Source: Acidimicrobiia bacterium
GTDB taxonomy: Bacteria > Actinomycetota > Acidimicrobiia > Spongiisociales > ZC4RG35
DNA: 64,000 nt
NCBI GenBank assembly: GCA_965203555.1
Contig: CBDBCY010000004.1
Location: 1,536,001-1,600,000, forward strand
Direction of reading: 5' to 3'
In this document: positions 18,497 through 27,832 of the stretch, one piece after another
How the letters are laid out: each line of letters starts with the position of its first letter
Position numbering within the stretch: the first letter of the stretch is position 1
Translations under genes and position numbers: made by a program
Notes under the pieces: generated by a model
Database searches by the model: none
Told to the model about the DNA's origin: nothing
What the model saw: the letters and a program-made list of their open reading frames with translations, nothing else

Positions 18497-20695
18497 TTAA
18501 TCCTCTGCTTCCACACGCAGATCCGGCAACCATCCGAGCCAGGACGGCAGATACCAGTTACGGGCCCCCAGCACCTCCATACTGGCCGGAACCAGCACCG
18601 ATCGCACGAGGGTCGCATCAAGCAGTACCGCCACGGCCAAGCCGAATCCGACCAACTGATTCACCACCGTTTCACCCGCCGCGAATCCGCCGAACACCGC
18701 AACCATGATCAGGGCGGCGCCGGTGATCATTGCTCCCGTGGAACGAAGTCCGTAGGCAACCGCCTGGGCGTTGTTTCCGGTCTCGTCGTAATGTTCCCGA
18801 ATGCGGCTCAGCAGGAACACGTGATAGTCCATAGATAGACCGAACAGGATGCTGAACAGGAACAGGGGTATCCATGCGTCGATAACCTCGGCTTGCTGGA
18901 ACCCGAAAAGGTCGGCCCCGATTCCTTTCTGGAATACCAAAACCAGCAGCCCGTATGTGGCGCCAACCGAGAGCAGGTTCATGATGATGGCCTTGATCGG
19001 GATGGCGATCGATCTGAAAACCAGCATCAGCAGGATGAAGCTGAGACCGAGAACGAAGGCAAAGACGATGGGAGTGTATACATCGACAATGCCGTAGAAG
19101 TCAGTGGCGGCAGCGGTCGCACCGCCCACATATACCTCGGCTTCAACGCCATCAAAGGCCTGGGGAATGTATTCTTCCCGGATCCGGGTCAGCCGCTCCG
19201 TAGCCAGGCGGCTGTTCGGCTCGCCCGGGAAGGCGAGCGCCAGCAGAGCCAGGTCGCCTTCAGGATTGACTTCAAGCTGGGGCGGAAGGGGAAAGTCGGG
19301 GTCGTTCTGCAGAAGTTGCACCAAATGGAGACCGGCCTGTTGTACCTGGGGATCGGCGATGTTGGCGTCGACGACGATCTCCGCCGGGCTCAGTACGCCG
19401 GCGGGGCTGACCTCCCCAACCGAAAATTGCTCTTCGAACACCAGGAAGGTCTCCTTGGTCTTGGATTTGTCCGGGAAGGTGTTGACGTCATTCAGCCCGG
19501 TATGGATGTCGAAGTAAAAGTACGACAGGACAACCAGGGGAACGCTGGTAAGGAGGATGCTGACAACGGGCGCCCTGGTAACGACTTTGGTGATCTTCTC
19601 CCAGAACCCGTGCTCGTTGGTCTGGGGATTCCGGAGCGAGAACCTCTTCAGGAAGGGAACGGGCAGCAGACCCACCTTCGGGCCCAGCAGGGCAAGGACA
19701 GCCGGTAAGAGGGTGAGAGTTGCCGCCAGAGCAGTAATAACCACCAAAATGGCCCCCAGACCCAGCGATCGGAAGAACGAGACGGGAACGATCAGCATGC
19801 CGAAAAGGGCCAGCACCACCGTGGTGCCGCTGAACAGCACCGTCCGGCCGGCGGTGTCCCCCGTCTTTACGACCGCGTCCTTCACCTGCAGACCTCGATC
19901 AAGTTCCTCCCTGAACCGGGAGACGATCAACAACGAATAGTCGATGCCCACCGCAAGGCCGATCATGGTGATCATCATGGTCACGAAAAAGATCAGCTCA
20001 AAGAATTGGCCGATGATTCCCACCGCCCCCAACGCCAGCACAATGGCCACCACGGCCAATCCCAGCGGCAACATGGTGGCGACGACCGAACCGAACAGCG
20101 TAAGCAGGATGATCAGGGCGACGGGAACACCGAACCTCTCTCCCTTTTCCAGGTCTTCGGCGCTCAACTCGTTGTTTTCGAAGGCTACGCTGGCGTCTCC
20201 ACCGATCAGTACCCGGAAACCATCGACGGTGTCCGCTTCTTCCACAACGTGAATGACATCTTCAACGTTCTCCGTGGCCTCCTTGTACTCTCCGGCCAGA
20301 ACAAAGCTCATGATGGTGGTCCTGCGATCTGGAGACACCAGCAACGACTCGTTGGTCAAGTAGTAGTGAGATCCGGACTCCACGGTGTCGGGTCCCAATG
20401 CTGTGATCTGGTCATGGAGGGATTCAACCCTCGCCTGGAACCGGGCGTCGTCGACAGTCAAGGACGGAGACTGCACCAGGACCAGTTCGGTAAGCGGTTT
20501 GGGCCCCCGCAGCCGCTCCTCCAGCAATGCGGCAGCCTGCTCTGATTCGTAGCCGGCGCCCAGCCTGAACTCGGTGGTAGTGGCGCTTGGGAGAAGGGTC
20601 TGCACAAGTCCCAAGCCGATGGCAATAACCACCACCCAGACACCAATGGTTGCCCAAGGTCTACGGACAGCTAATCGCGCCAATCTTGCTGTCAC
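18497..20695 (-). CDS. MmpL-family (RND) lipid transporter
   Basis: GLAVGIDYSLLIVSRFREE, FGLSMDYHVFLLSRIRE, LDATLVRSVLVPA; AAGGAG RBS before GTG 20695. Confidence 0.92.
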   Translation of the reverse strand: MTARLARLAVRRPWATIGVWVVVIAIGLGLVQTLLPSATTTEFRLGAGYESEQAAALLEERLRGPKPLTELVLVQSPSLTVDDARFQARVESLHDQITALGPDTVESGSHYYLTNESLLVSPDRRTTIMSFVLAGEYKEATENVEDVIHVVEEADTVDGFRVLIGGDASVAFENNELSAEDLEKGERFGVPVALIILLTLFGSVVATMLPLGLAVVAIVLALGAVGIIGQFFELIFFVTMMITMIGLAVGIDYSLLIVSRFREELDRGLQVKDAVVKTGDTAGRTVLFSGTTVVLALFGMLIVPVSFFRSLGLGAILVVITALAATLTLLPAVLALLGPKVGLLPVPFLKRFSLRNPQTNEHGFWEKITKVVTRAPVVSILLTSVPLVVLSYFYFDIHTGLNDVNTFPDKSKTKETFLVFEEQFSVGEVSPAGVLSPAEIVVDANIADPQVQQAGLHLVQLLQNDPDFPLPPQLEVNPEGDLALLALAFPGEPNSRLATERLTRIREEYIPQAFDGVEAEVYVGGATAAATDFYGIVDVYTPIVFAFVLGLSFILLMLVFRSIAIPIKAIIMNLLSVGATYGLLVLVFQKGIGADLFGFQQAEVIDAWIPLFLFSILFGLSMDYHVFLLSRIREHYDETGNNAQAVAYGLRSTGAMITGAALIMVAVFGGFAAGETVVNQLVGFGLAVAVLLDATLVRSVLVPASMEVLGARNWYLPSWLGWLPDLRVEAED

Positions 20696-20862
20696 ACCTG
20701 CTCCTTCCTCGACAACCCTAGAGTTCCCAGCGATACCCGTCCAATGCCTGCCAGGCAGTGTAGCGAAAGTGTGAAAAGTCATCCTTCCCACGACAACCCC
20801 GTGGGCTCTTTGGACTGTGCGTTTTGCAAGCCGGTGGGAATGGTTCGAGCCGATGGGAACCG

Positions 20863-21906
20863 CTACTGAATCTGAAGGTCCGTTTCGGCCCTGTCGGGAG
20901 GCCATACCACTCGCCGCTCGCCATTCTGCCATTGCACCGTCACCACCCGGTGACCCACCTGCAGACCGGTGACCGGATCAAGCCGAAATGCCCCGAACAG
21001 GGTATTGGCAGCCAGTCGTCGGGCGTCGGCCATCAGGATCTCATCTTCCACAGCCCCGGTTCTTCGCACGCATTCCGACCAGACCAGCGCCGCTGCCAGG
21101 GCCTGGGCGGCGGGGTACGGAGGAGTATCACCTGTCTGAAGGCGGTAGGCCTCCACGAACCAATTTGCATCGGGTCCGACAGTGGACCGAGGGGCGGTCT
21201 GCGGCGTCCACTGCGCCGGACCGATCAGACCCTCCCGGTGGCTTCCCAAAGCCTCCAACACCTCGTCCACCCCGGCCGAGACCGCCAGAACTGCTCTCCA
21301 CCGGCGACGATCTGTGGCCTGCACTATCTCCAACTCGTCGTCGAAGGACCCGACCACCGCCAGCACCTCGGCGCCCGGGAGGCGGGACAAGGATTCTCTC
21401 CCGCGCCCGGGAGGAAAGACAACCTGGGTGGCGGACATCCCAAGACCTGCCGCGGCTACCATCGCTCCCCCGCCCACCTCCCCGGAAAAGCCTCTTCCGG
21501 TATGAAGCACCACCAACGACGAGGCGTCGGGATCGGCCGATCGGATGGCTGCCAGCCCACCTTCAAGATACGACGCGGCGGGCGCCGGGATGTTCACCAC
21601 ATTCTCGAACTCCGGCACGGCCAGTCGAGCGGTCGCCCCACCACCGTTCCACACCAAACGTGAAGCCGCCCGCGCCACCGCCAGAGCCGGTCCTCTCCCG
21701 TAAGGTCCGAACAGCACATCAGGTTGAGACGCCTCTGCCCGAAGCGCCGCCGAAACCGGATCGGGATGGGCGTCGTACAACTCGAGATCCACCGACTTCG
21801 GTTCAGCGACCTGATCGGCCCAGAGCCCCAACGCCTTTCCAGCCACTCGGCCATAAATTGCCAGGGGACCGGTAAGAGGAGTAACCATGGCGGCCCGAAC
21901 CGGCAT
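20863..21906 (-). CDS. PBP1-fold ligand-binding protein with no evident signal peptide
   Basis: PLTGPLA.YG, LFGPYG, IGPAQW, TLFGAFRLDP..G.QVGH...VQWQNG. Confidence 0.72.
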   Translation of the reverse strand: MPVRAAMVTPLTGPLAIYGRVAGKALGLWADQVAEPKSVDLELYDAHPDPVSAALRAEASQPDVLFGPYGRGPALAVARAASRLVWNGGGATARLAVPEFENVVNIPAPAASYLEGGLAAIRSADPDASSLVVLHTGRGFSGEVGGGAMVAAAGLGMSATQVVFPPGRGRESLSRLPGAEVLAVVGSFDDELEIVQATDRRRWRAVLAVSAGVDEVLEALGSHREGLIGPAQWTPQTAPRSTVGPDANWFVEAYRLQTGDTPPYPAAQALAAALVWSECVRRTGAVEDEILMADARRLAANTLFGAFRLDPVTGLQVGHRVVTVQWQNGERRVVWPPDRAETDLQIQ

Positions 21907-22272
21907 CAACAACAGACCTCCGAAATCACACCCGATTGTCTCTGGCTCAAATTGCCGCAGGCGGCGGGAAAAGAACCCGAGAGCCCCGGCCATCCGACCA
22001 GACTCAAGAGCATCCAGCCGACCGGCAGGAACATCCTCGCGGCTACCCTCTCTCCCCGTGACCATCCAGGACGAAAGTCACGGCTCGGTGTCGAAGCACT
22101 GCTCCCGGGCATCATCCCGGCGGCAGGTCTCAAACAGAGTCCCCGTCCGAGCGGGACCGCCAAACCGTCCGAACATCCATGTCTGCGGCATTCTCGCGTT
22201 GCGGGCGAGCCGCGCGAAACCCCCCGGCTCAGCCGGCCGGGATGCCAAAAGGCTGCTCCACATCAAGGTCGA

Positions 22273-22614
22273 TCACTGCCGGGGAACCACGGCGCCGGCG
22301 GATTGTGCGTACCGTGCACGGCCCTCCACGGGCTCAAGGGACAATCTCAGCCCCAAGGCAGCGGCGACCTTCAAAAGCGTGGTCAGGGTGGGGTTGCCGT
22401 CTTCAGACAACGCCTCGTAGAGGTTGCCCCGATTCAGCCCGGTGTCGCGGGCAAGGGCACTCATGTTCTGCTTCCGGGCGACATGCCTCAGGGCCGCTCG
22501 TATCACGGTCCCGTCCCCAGGGTCCTCATCCGAAGCAGCCCTGAGAAGCCCTCGGACATCCTCCTCTGTTCTTATATAGTCTGCCGCGTCGAACTTTCGA
22601 TATTCCTCAGACAT
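22273..22614 (-). CDS. Addiction-module antidote, Cro/C1-type HTH (HI1420-like)
   Basis: FDAADYI, MSALARDTGLNRGNLYEALSEDGNPTLTTLLKV; TAATG overlap with the toxin. Confidence 0.88.
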   Translation of the reverse strand: MSEEYRKFDAADYIRTEEDVRGLLRAASDEDPGDGTVIRAALRHVARKQNMSALARDTGLNRGNLYEALSEDGNPTLTTLLKVAAALGLRLSLEPVEGRARYAQSAGAVVPRQ

Positions 22615-22910
22615 TAGCTCCTCCATTCCGTCGCCATTCTCTTGGCCCGTCGGATGTCTCTCCGCTGGCTGTCCTTGTCGCCACCGCACAGCAGAACGAT
22701 CAGTTCAGCACTGTTCGTGATGAAATAGATCCGGTATCCAGGCCCGTGCTGAATTCTCATCTCGGACACGCCGCCGCCAACCGGTCTCACGTCTCCCAGA
22801 TGCCCATCCTCGGCTGCCAGCAGCCTGACGACGATGCGGCTCACCGCCTGGCGGTCCCGCAGCCTGCCCAACCACCGGTCGAACGTCGCGCTTCGCAGGA
22901 TCGTGAACAT
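22614..22910 (-). CDS. RelE/ParE-family addiction-module toxin (HI1419-like)
   Basis: FDRWL..LRD, GDVRPVGGGVSEMRIQHGPGYRIYF, LLCGGDKDSQRRDI. Confidence 0.9.
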   Translation of the reverse strand: MFTILRSATFDRWLGRLRDRQAVSRIVVRLLAAEDGHLGDVRPVGGGVSEMRIQHGPGYRIYFITNSAELIVLLCGGDKDSQRRDIRRAKRMATEWRS

Positions 22911-22916
22911 GGCAGC

Positions 22917-22936
22917 ATTGTACGATATACCGTACA
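22917..22936 (-). promoter_or_regulatory. TA promoter/operator: TGTACG-N6-CGTACA inverted repeat overlapping a TACAAT -10 box 6 nt before the ATG (leaderless)
   Basis: Read directly from the sequence; operator role is inferred. Confidence 0.6.
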
Positions 22937-23126
22937 GCATGTGAAGGGGATTTGGGGCATGACGCGGTCAGACCAGGGGTGGTAGAGGCGTGAGAGAGGC
23001 TTGCTGAAGTCCTGTCATAATCCTGCGTGCTGCCCGATGGGATTACGGGCTGCTCAGCCACAAATCAAAGGCGGTTCTGTCAACTGTCAATTTGAGGCAC
23101 ACTTACCCAGACCCACCGGCCCGGCA

Positions 23127-24398
23127 TCAGTTCAAGCCGTCGCTACAACTCAGAACAGGACAATCCAGCCGCCCCACCACCCTCACCGGCAGGCGTTTTA
23201 TGCCGTGGATGAAGTTGGACTGCAGTCGCTCGGCCGGGCCGGTCAGACGAAGATCCGGCAGGCGCGGCAGCAGTTCCTCCATCGCCACTTTTACCTGCAA
23301 CCGTCCCAGAGCCGCTCCCAGGCAGAAATGCGGGCCGCCCTTGCCGAAACTGACCTGCGGGTTGGGATGGCGTTCGATGTCGAACCGGTAGGGATCGTCG
23401 AACACTTCCTCGTCGAAGTTGGCCGAAATGTACCAGATGGTCACCTTATCGCCTTCCCGGATAAGCTGGCCTCCCAGTTCCACGTCTCGGGTGGCGGTGC
23501 GGCGGAAGTGGTAGATGGGAGTGGCCCAGCGGATGATCTCCTCCACCGCCCGGTCCATTGAGCCGGGACGTCCCTCCAAAAGCTTCTCCACCTGGTCGGG
23601 ACGTTCCATCAGCGCCAGCACCCCCTGGCTGATGGAATGGCGCGACGCCTCCTGCCCGGCGATCATCAGCACCGCGAAGAAGTTGTTGAATTCGGCGTCG
23701 GTAAGAGGCTCGCCTCCCGGTTCGGCCTGCAACACTCGGCTGATCATGTCGTCGCCGGGCCGGGCGCGACGCTCGGCCGCCAACTCGGCCGCGTACTGAA
23801 AGGCTTCCAGGCCCGCCGGACTGCCGAAGGGAGCGAAACGACAATTCGGATCCGACCGATCCTCCCAGTACTCGGGATCGGAGTCGCCCACCAGCATCCG
23901 ATCGGTCCACTCGATCAGGCGGTCGGACATCCGGCGAGGAATTCCCATGTGCTCGCAGAGCCACAGCACCGGGATCTGCTTGGAGATCGCCTCCACCAGG
24001 TCGAACTCGCCCCGGGCCAGCACCTCTGCCAGCACTTCGGCGGTCATCAACCGGAAGGCGTTCTCGTAGGCTTTTACCACCCTGGGGGTGAACCCCCGTG
24101 ACAGAAGCCGCCTGATTCGGCTGTGCGCGGGAGGATCGAGATCCATCATGGACCGCCGAGCCGCCAACTCTTCGGGAGTCATCTCCTCGAGAGTGGACCC
24201 CTGCGCCGAGGAGAAGGTCCGCCAGTCACCGCTGACCGAGGCCAGGTCCCGGTAGCGCACCACCGCCCAGAAGCCGGCCCTCCCGTCGGCCTCGTCGTGC
24301 CAGGACACGGGAGCGTTGTGGCGCAGATAGCGGAAGACTTCGTGGGGTACCTCGCGCGCATACAACTTCGGATCCTGAATATCCACATCTACCCGCAT
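23127..24398 (-). CDS. Cytochrome P450 (CYP124/CYP125-like)
   Basis: MDLDPPAHSRIR, EEIIRW, heme motif FGKGGPHFCLG; I-helix reads AGQEAS. Confidence 0.92.
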   Translation of the reverse strand: MRVDVDIQDPKLYAREVPHEVFRYLRHNAPVSWHDEADGRAGFWAVVRYRDLASVSGDWRTFSSAQGSTLEEMTPEELAARRSMMDLDPPAHSRIRRLLSRGFTPRVVKAYENAFRLMTAEVLAEVLARGEFDLVEAISKQIPVLWLCEHMGIPRRMSDRLIEWTDRMLVGDSDPEYWEDRSDPNCRFAPFGSPAGLEAFQYAAELAAERRARPGDDMISRVLQAEPGGEPLTDAEFNNFFAVLMIAGQEASRHSISQGVLALMERPDQVEKLLEGRPGSMDRAVEEIIRWATPIYHFRRTATRDVELGGQLIREGDKVTIWYISANFDEEVFDDPYRFDIERHPNPQVSFGKGGPHFCLGAALGRLQVKVAMEELLPRLPDLRLTGPAERLQSNFIHGIKRLPVRVVGRLDCPVLSCSDGLN

Positions 24399-24589
24399 AT
24401 CGCATCCGCCACCGGTGAGGTCATTCCCTTACGCCCCCGCCTCTCCGGCGAAGTGTAGGATTCGAGCTTTGCAGTCGTCGCTCGAACCGGGAGCCAAACA
24501 TCATCTCACCGTCAGGCTTTCTCTTCCCGCAAAGCCCCACCGGGAGGGCTTCGATCCTCCCCGCCCCGCCCTGGCACTATTCGGGAGAA

Positions 24590-25312
24590 ATGCTGACCGT
24601 CGAATACCGCACCGATCCCCGGAACGTCCGAGAGGTACTGCCACCTCCGCTGGAACCTGCAACCGATGATCCCGGTGCGGTGGCCCTGATCTGGGCGGAG
24701 TGGCAATCCTGTTCGGATTCGGGCGAAGAACTCCTGGACCCGGTCCGCTCCCAGTACCGCGAGTGCTTCCTGGTGGTGCGGTGCCGGTACGAAAACCGCA
24801 CATGGTCCCGCTGTGTCTACATCTGGGTGGACACCGACTTCTCGATGGCGCGCGGCCACCACCAGGGATATCCCAAGCGACTGGGGGAGATCCACATGAC
24901 CCGCCCGGTCTCGGTGGGAAGGGCCGGCCCCCGCCTGGAACCCGGTGGTGTGTTCGGCGCCACTCTGTCCTCTCAAGGGAGGCGGTTGGCCGAGGCCCGA
25001 CTCGCTCTCACCGACCCCTGCGACCATGCCGGCTTCGTCAACGCCCTGCCGATGCTGCACTCTCGGCGCTTTCCCGCCATAGAGTCGGACGGGACCGCCT
25101 CCATGGACGAACTGGTAACCATGCGGGGGTACGATGTTGAGACCACCGACGGATGGAAAGGCGACGCCGAACTGTCACTGTTCCCCTCTCCCGCCGAGGA
25201 GCATCACCGCCTCGTTCCCCGGGAGATAATCGCTGGATACTGGCGACGGGTGGGCATGTCCTGGAAGGGAGGAACCACCCTCCACCGGCCCCCTCCCCCA
25301 CCACTCGCCTAG
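24590..25312 (+). CDS. Acetoacetate decarboxylase-family protein
   Basis: LTVEYRTDP, YIWVDTD, ARG..QGYPKRLG with the Schiff-base Lys. Confidence 0.82.
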   Translation: MLTVEYRTDPRNVREVLPPPLEPATDDPGAVALIWAEWQSCSDSGEELLDPVRSQYRECFLVVRCRYENRTWSRCVYIWVDTDFSMARGHHQGYPKRLGEIHMTRPVSVGRAGPRLEPGGVFGATLSSQGRRLAEARLALTDPCDHAGFVNALPMLHSRRFPAIESDGTASMDELVTMRGYDVETTDGWKGDAELSLFPSPAEEHHRLVPREIIAGYWRRVGMSWKGGTTLHRPPPPPLA

Positions 25313-25317
25313 AACCC

Positions 25318-25830
25318 GTGACCCAGGACGTCCGAGACCGCCTGTCCATCCGCCGACTCGACGCCGACCACTGCGCCCGGGCGGTGGAGGTGATCAACAT
25401 CGCCGCCCGGTGGTACCGGGAGTTCCTTCCGCCCGAGGAACTGCACGACCCGGAGATGGACGAGGCGGAGTGGTCGGCCGAGGGCCGGCGCATGACCTGG
25501 TGGGGAGCCTTGATCGACAACACCCTGGTGGGGGTAATGGGAAGCGAGCCGATCGGTGAAGTGGTCCTGCTCCGCCACGCATATATCCTGCCCCGATACC
25601 AGCGGTCGGGCGTGGCTTCGGCGCTGATCGAGCACATCGAAAATGGGCTTGTGGGCATAGAGCGGATCATCGTGGGTACCTATGCCGCCAATTACCGGGC
25701 GCGGGGCGCCTTGGAGAAGGCCGGATACGTTCTCTCGGCCGATTCCGAGGCGGTATTGCGGGCCTTCTACGACATTCCCGAGGACCGACTGCTCACCTCC
25801 ATCACCTACGAAAAGACACTGAGCGACTGA
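25318..25830 (+). CDS. GNAT-family N-acetyltransferase
   Basis: AYILPRYQRSGVASAL acetyl-CoA-binding motif. Confidence 0.8.
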   Translation: MTQDVRDRLSIRRLDADHCARAVEVINIAARWYREFLPPEELHDPEMDEAEWSAEGRRMTWWGALIDNTLVGVMGSEPIGEVVLLRHAYILPRYQRSGVASALIEHIENGLVGIERIIVGTYAANYRARGALEKAGYVLSADSEAVLRAFYDIPEDRLLTSITYEKTLSD

Positions 25831-26018
25831 CTCCGGCTCCGCCCCTGTTTCTTCCGCTGCTAAGCGGAGTCCACGGCGGAGGATCTGATCGGCGCGAGTG
25901 CTGGACCGTCGCGCAGAACGGACCGCCCGGCCCATGTGGGATGGGTTTTGCGGCCGAGACAGTCGCCCGATGGTAGAATGACCGTCGTTGGGGTGCGAAC
26001 ACAGAGGAGGATCAGGAC

Positions 26019-26375
26019 ATGGGCGTTTTCAACTGGCCCATCCGGCTGGACAGCATGGACGGCCAACGGTCGCTGGAGATAGAGGCGATGGTGGACACCG
26101 GCGCCAGCTACACCATCGTACCCGCCCATCTGCTGAAGGACCTGGGCGTGTCGCCCATGGACGAGATCAGCCTGGTGCTGGCCGACGGGCGGCCCGTGGA
26201 ATATGACATCGGAGAGGCACGCGCCACCATCAACGGGAGGAGCATTCCCACCCTGGTGGTCTTCGGAGAGAACAACGCCCGCGCCCTGCTGGGAGCGTAC
26301 ACACTGGAAGGGCTACGCTTGGCGGTGGACCCGATCCACGGCAGGCTGATCCCAGCCACCACCGCCTGGGCGTAG
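26019..26375 (+). CDS. Retropepsin-like (clan AA) aspartyl protease
   Basis: AMVDTGASYT, LADGR, ALLGAYTLEGL; GAGGAGG RBS. Confidence 0.85.
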   Translation: MGVFNWPIRLDSMDGQRSLEIEAMVDTGASYTIVPAHLLKDLGVSPMDEISLVLADGRPVEYDIGEARATINGRSIPTLVVFGENNARALLGAYTLEGLRLAVDPIHGRLIPATTAWA

Positions 26376-26704
26376 GCGCCAGGAGAAACAGAACGCCCTT
26401 GCCTCGTCTTCAACGGCGGCTTCTACCCGGGAGCCGGCCCCAACAACTCCACAGCGTTCCCGACATAATCGGTCGCGATGATGGGGTAGCTATCCGCTCG
26501 TCCCGGGCTCCTTGGTGGCGGGTATGGTGATTCAATCTCGAAGCGCTCCGGATCAGAAGCCGCGAACCGCTGGGCAACGCGGTTAATCTGGAACAGCAAC
26601 AAAGCAGAGCGCGGGCCGGGGATGGGAGCGGTTCTTGCCATCCTGCGGGTGCTTTGAACAGTAAGGAAGTTGCCAACCCGAAACTCGGGAAGGAGTCTTG
26701 ACTG

Positions 26705-27781
26705 ATGGTCAACCCGAATGCGGAACTCGGGAGCGCCCCATTGCCTTCCCCGTTTCCCGAGGGCTGGTACTTCGTAGCAAGCCGTGAGGTCGTGCTGAAG
26801 GCCAAGCTCATCGAGAAAATCTGGATGGGAGAGGACATCGTCATCTGGTGTGACGAGAACGGGAGTGTCTGTGTGGCCGAGGCCATTTGCCCGCACCTCG
26901 GCTCCGACCTGAGACCCTCCGCTGGCGGCCGCGTATGCGACGGCCGACTCGTCTGTCCCTTTCATGGCTTCGAGTTCGACACGTCCGGCGAATGCGTCGC
27001 AACGCCCTACGCAAAACCGCCCCGGTCGGCGTGGTTACGAGTGTTCGAGACCCAGGAGGTCGCCGGACTGATCTTCGCTTGGTGGGGGATAGAGGGACGG
27101 GCGCCGCAATGGACTCTGCCCACCGATTCGGCCGACCAAGCCGGTTGGAGCCGGCTTGAGATAAGCACCATGCGCTTTCCCGGCCATCCCCAGGAGACAA
27201 CGGAGAACTCCGTGGACTTGGGCCACCTGCGCTACGTCCATGGCTATGGCAGCGTGAAGCGCCCCGAACGAGCCTCGGTAAAGGGGCCCCGTTTCGAGAG
27301 CAATTTCGACTTCAGAAGAACCCAGCAGATAGCCGGACTTGTAAAGTTGACCTTCGACGTCTCCGCTCGCACCAGTATCTTTGGGCTGGGCTACTCGTTT
27401 GTCGAGATTCGAGAGCACTCGGTCGGAATGGACATGCGCCTGTGGGTACTGGCCACACCGGTGGACGGCACCCTGATCGACCTTTCGCTGGTTTCGCAGG
27501 TCCGAGAGATTCGCCAGCCGAAGCGCTGGACTGTAGGAATGGGGTTTCTTCCGGTGAGGTTACGCGCTCCGATAGTGAACAAGTTCATGGCCGCTCTCCA
27601 ACGGCACGACGTTCGACAGGATTTGATCATCTGGAGAAGCAAGCGGTATCTGCCCCGCCCACGCCTCTGCCGTTCCGACGGCGAGGTGATGACATATAGA
27701 CGCTATTGCGCCCAGTTCTATCCCGACTCAGAGAATTCAGCGACTCCGGTCCATGTCAAAACTGGGGGTACTGGACGATGA
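26705..27781 (+). CDS. Rieske non-heme iron oxygenase (KshA/Neverland-like)
   Basis: FPEGWY, CPHLG...CPFHG Rieske motif, ENSVDLGHLRYVH mononuclear-iron motif, QDLIIW..K.Y. Confidence 0.88.
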   Translation: MVNPNAELGSAPLPSPFPEGWYFVASREVVLKAKLIEKIWMGEDIVIWCDENGSVCVAEAICPHLGSDLRPSAGGRVCDGRLVCPFHGFEFDTSGECVATPYAKPPRSAWLRVFETQEVAGLIFAWWGIEGRAPQWTLPTDSADQAGWSRLEISTMRFPGHPQETTENSVDLGHLRYVHGYGSVKRPERASVKGPRFESNFDFRRTQQIAGLVKLTFDVSARTSIFGLGYSFVEIREHSVGMDMRLWVLATPVDGTLIDLSLVSQVREIRQPKRWTVGMGFLPVRLRAPIVNKFMAALQRHDVRQDLIIWRSKRYLPRPRLCRSDGEVMTYRRYCAQFYPDSENSATPVHVKTGGTGR

Positions 27782-27832
27782 ACGTTCAGCCCGGCTGCGA
27801 GTACCTCGGGGCAACCCCCTGAGCTATCGAAA

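Noticed and set aside
21960-22270. GC-rich intergenic segment with a short match (CGCGAAACCC..GGCT) to ~59390
   Set aside because: The match is too short to call a repeat or MITE.
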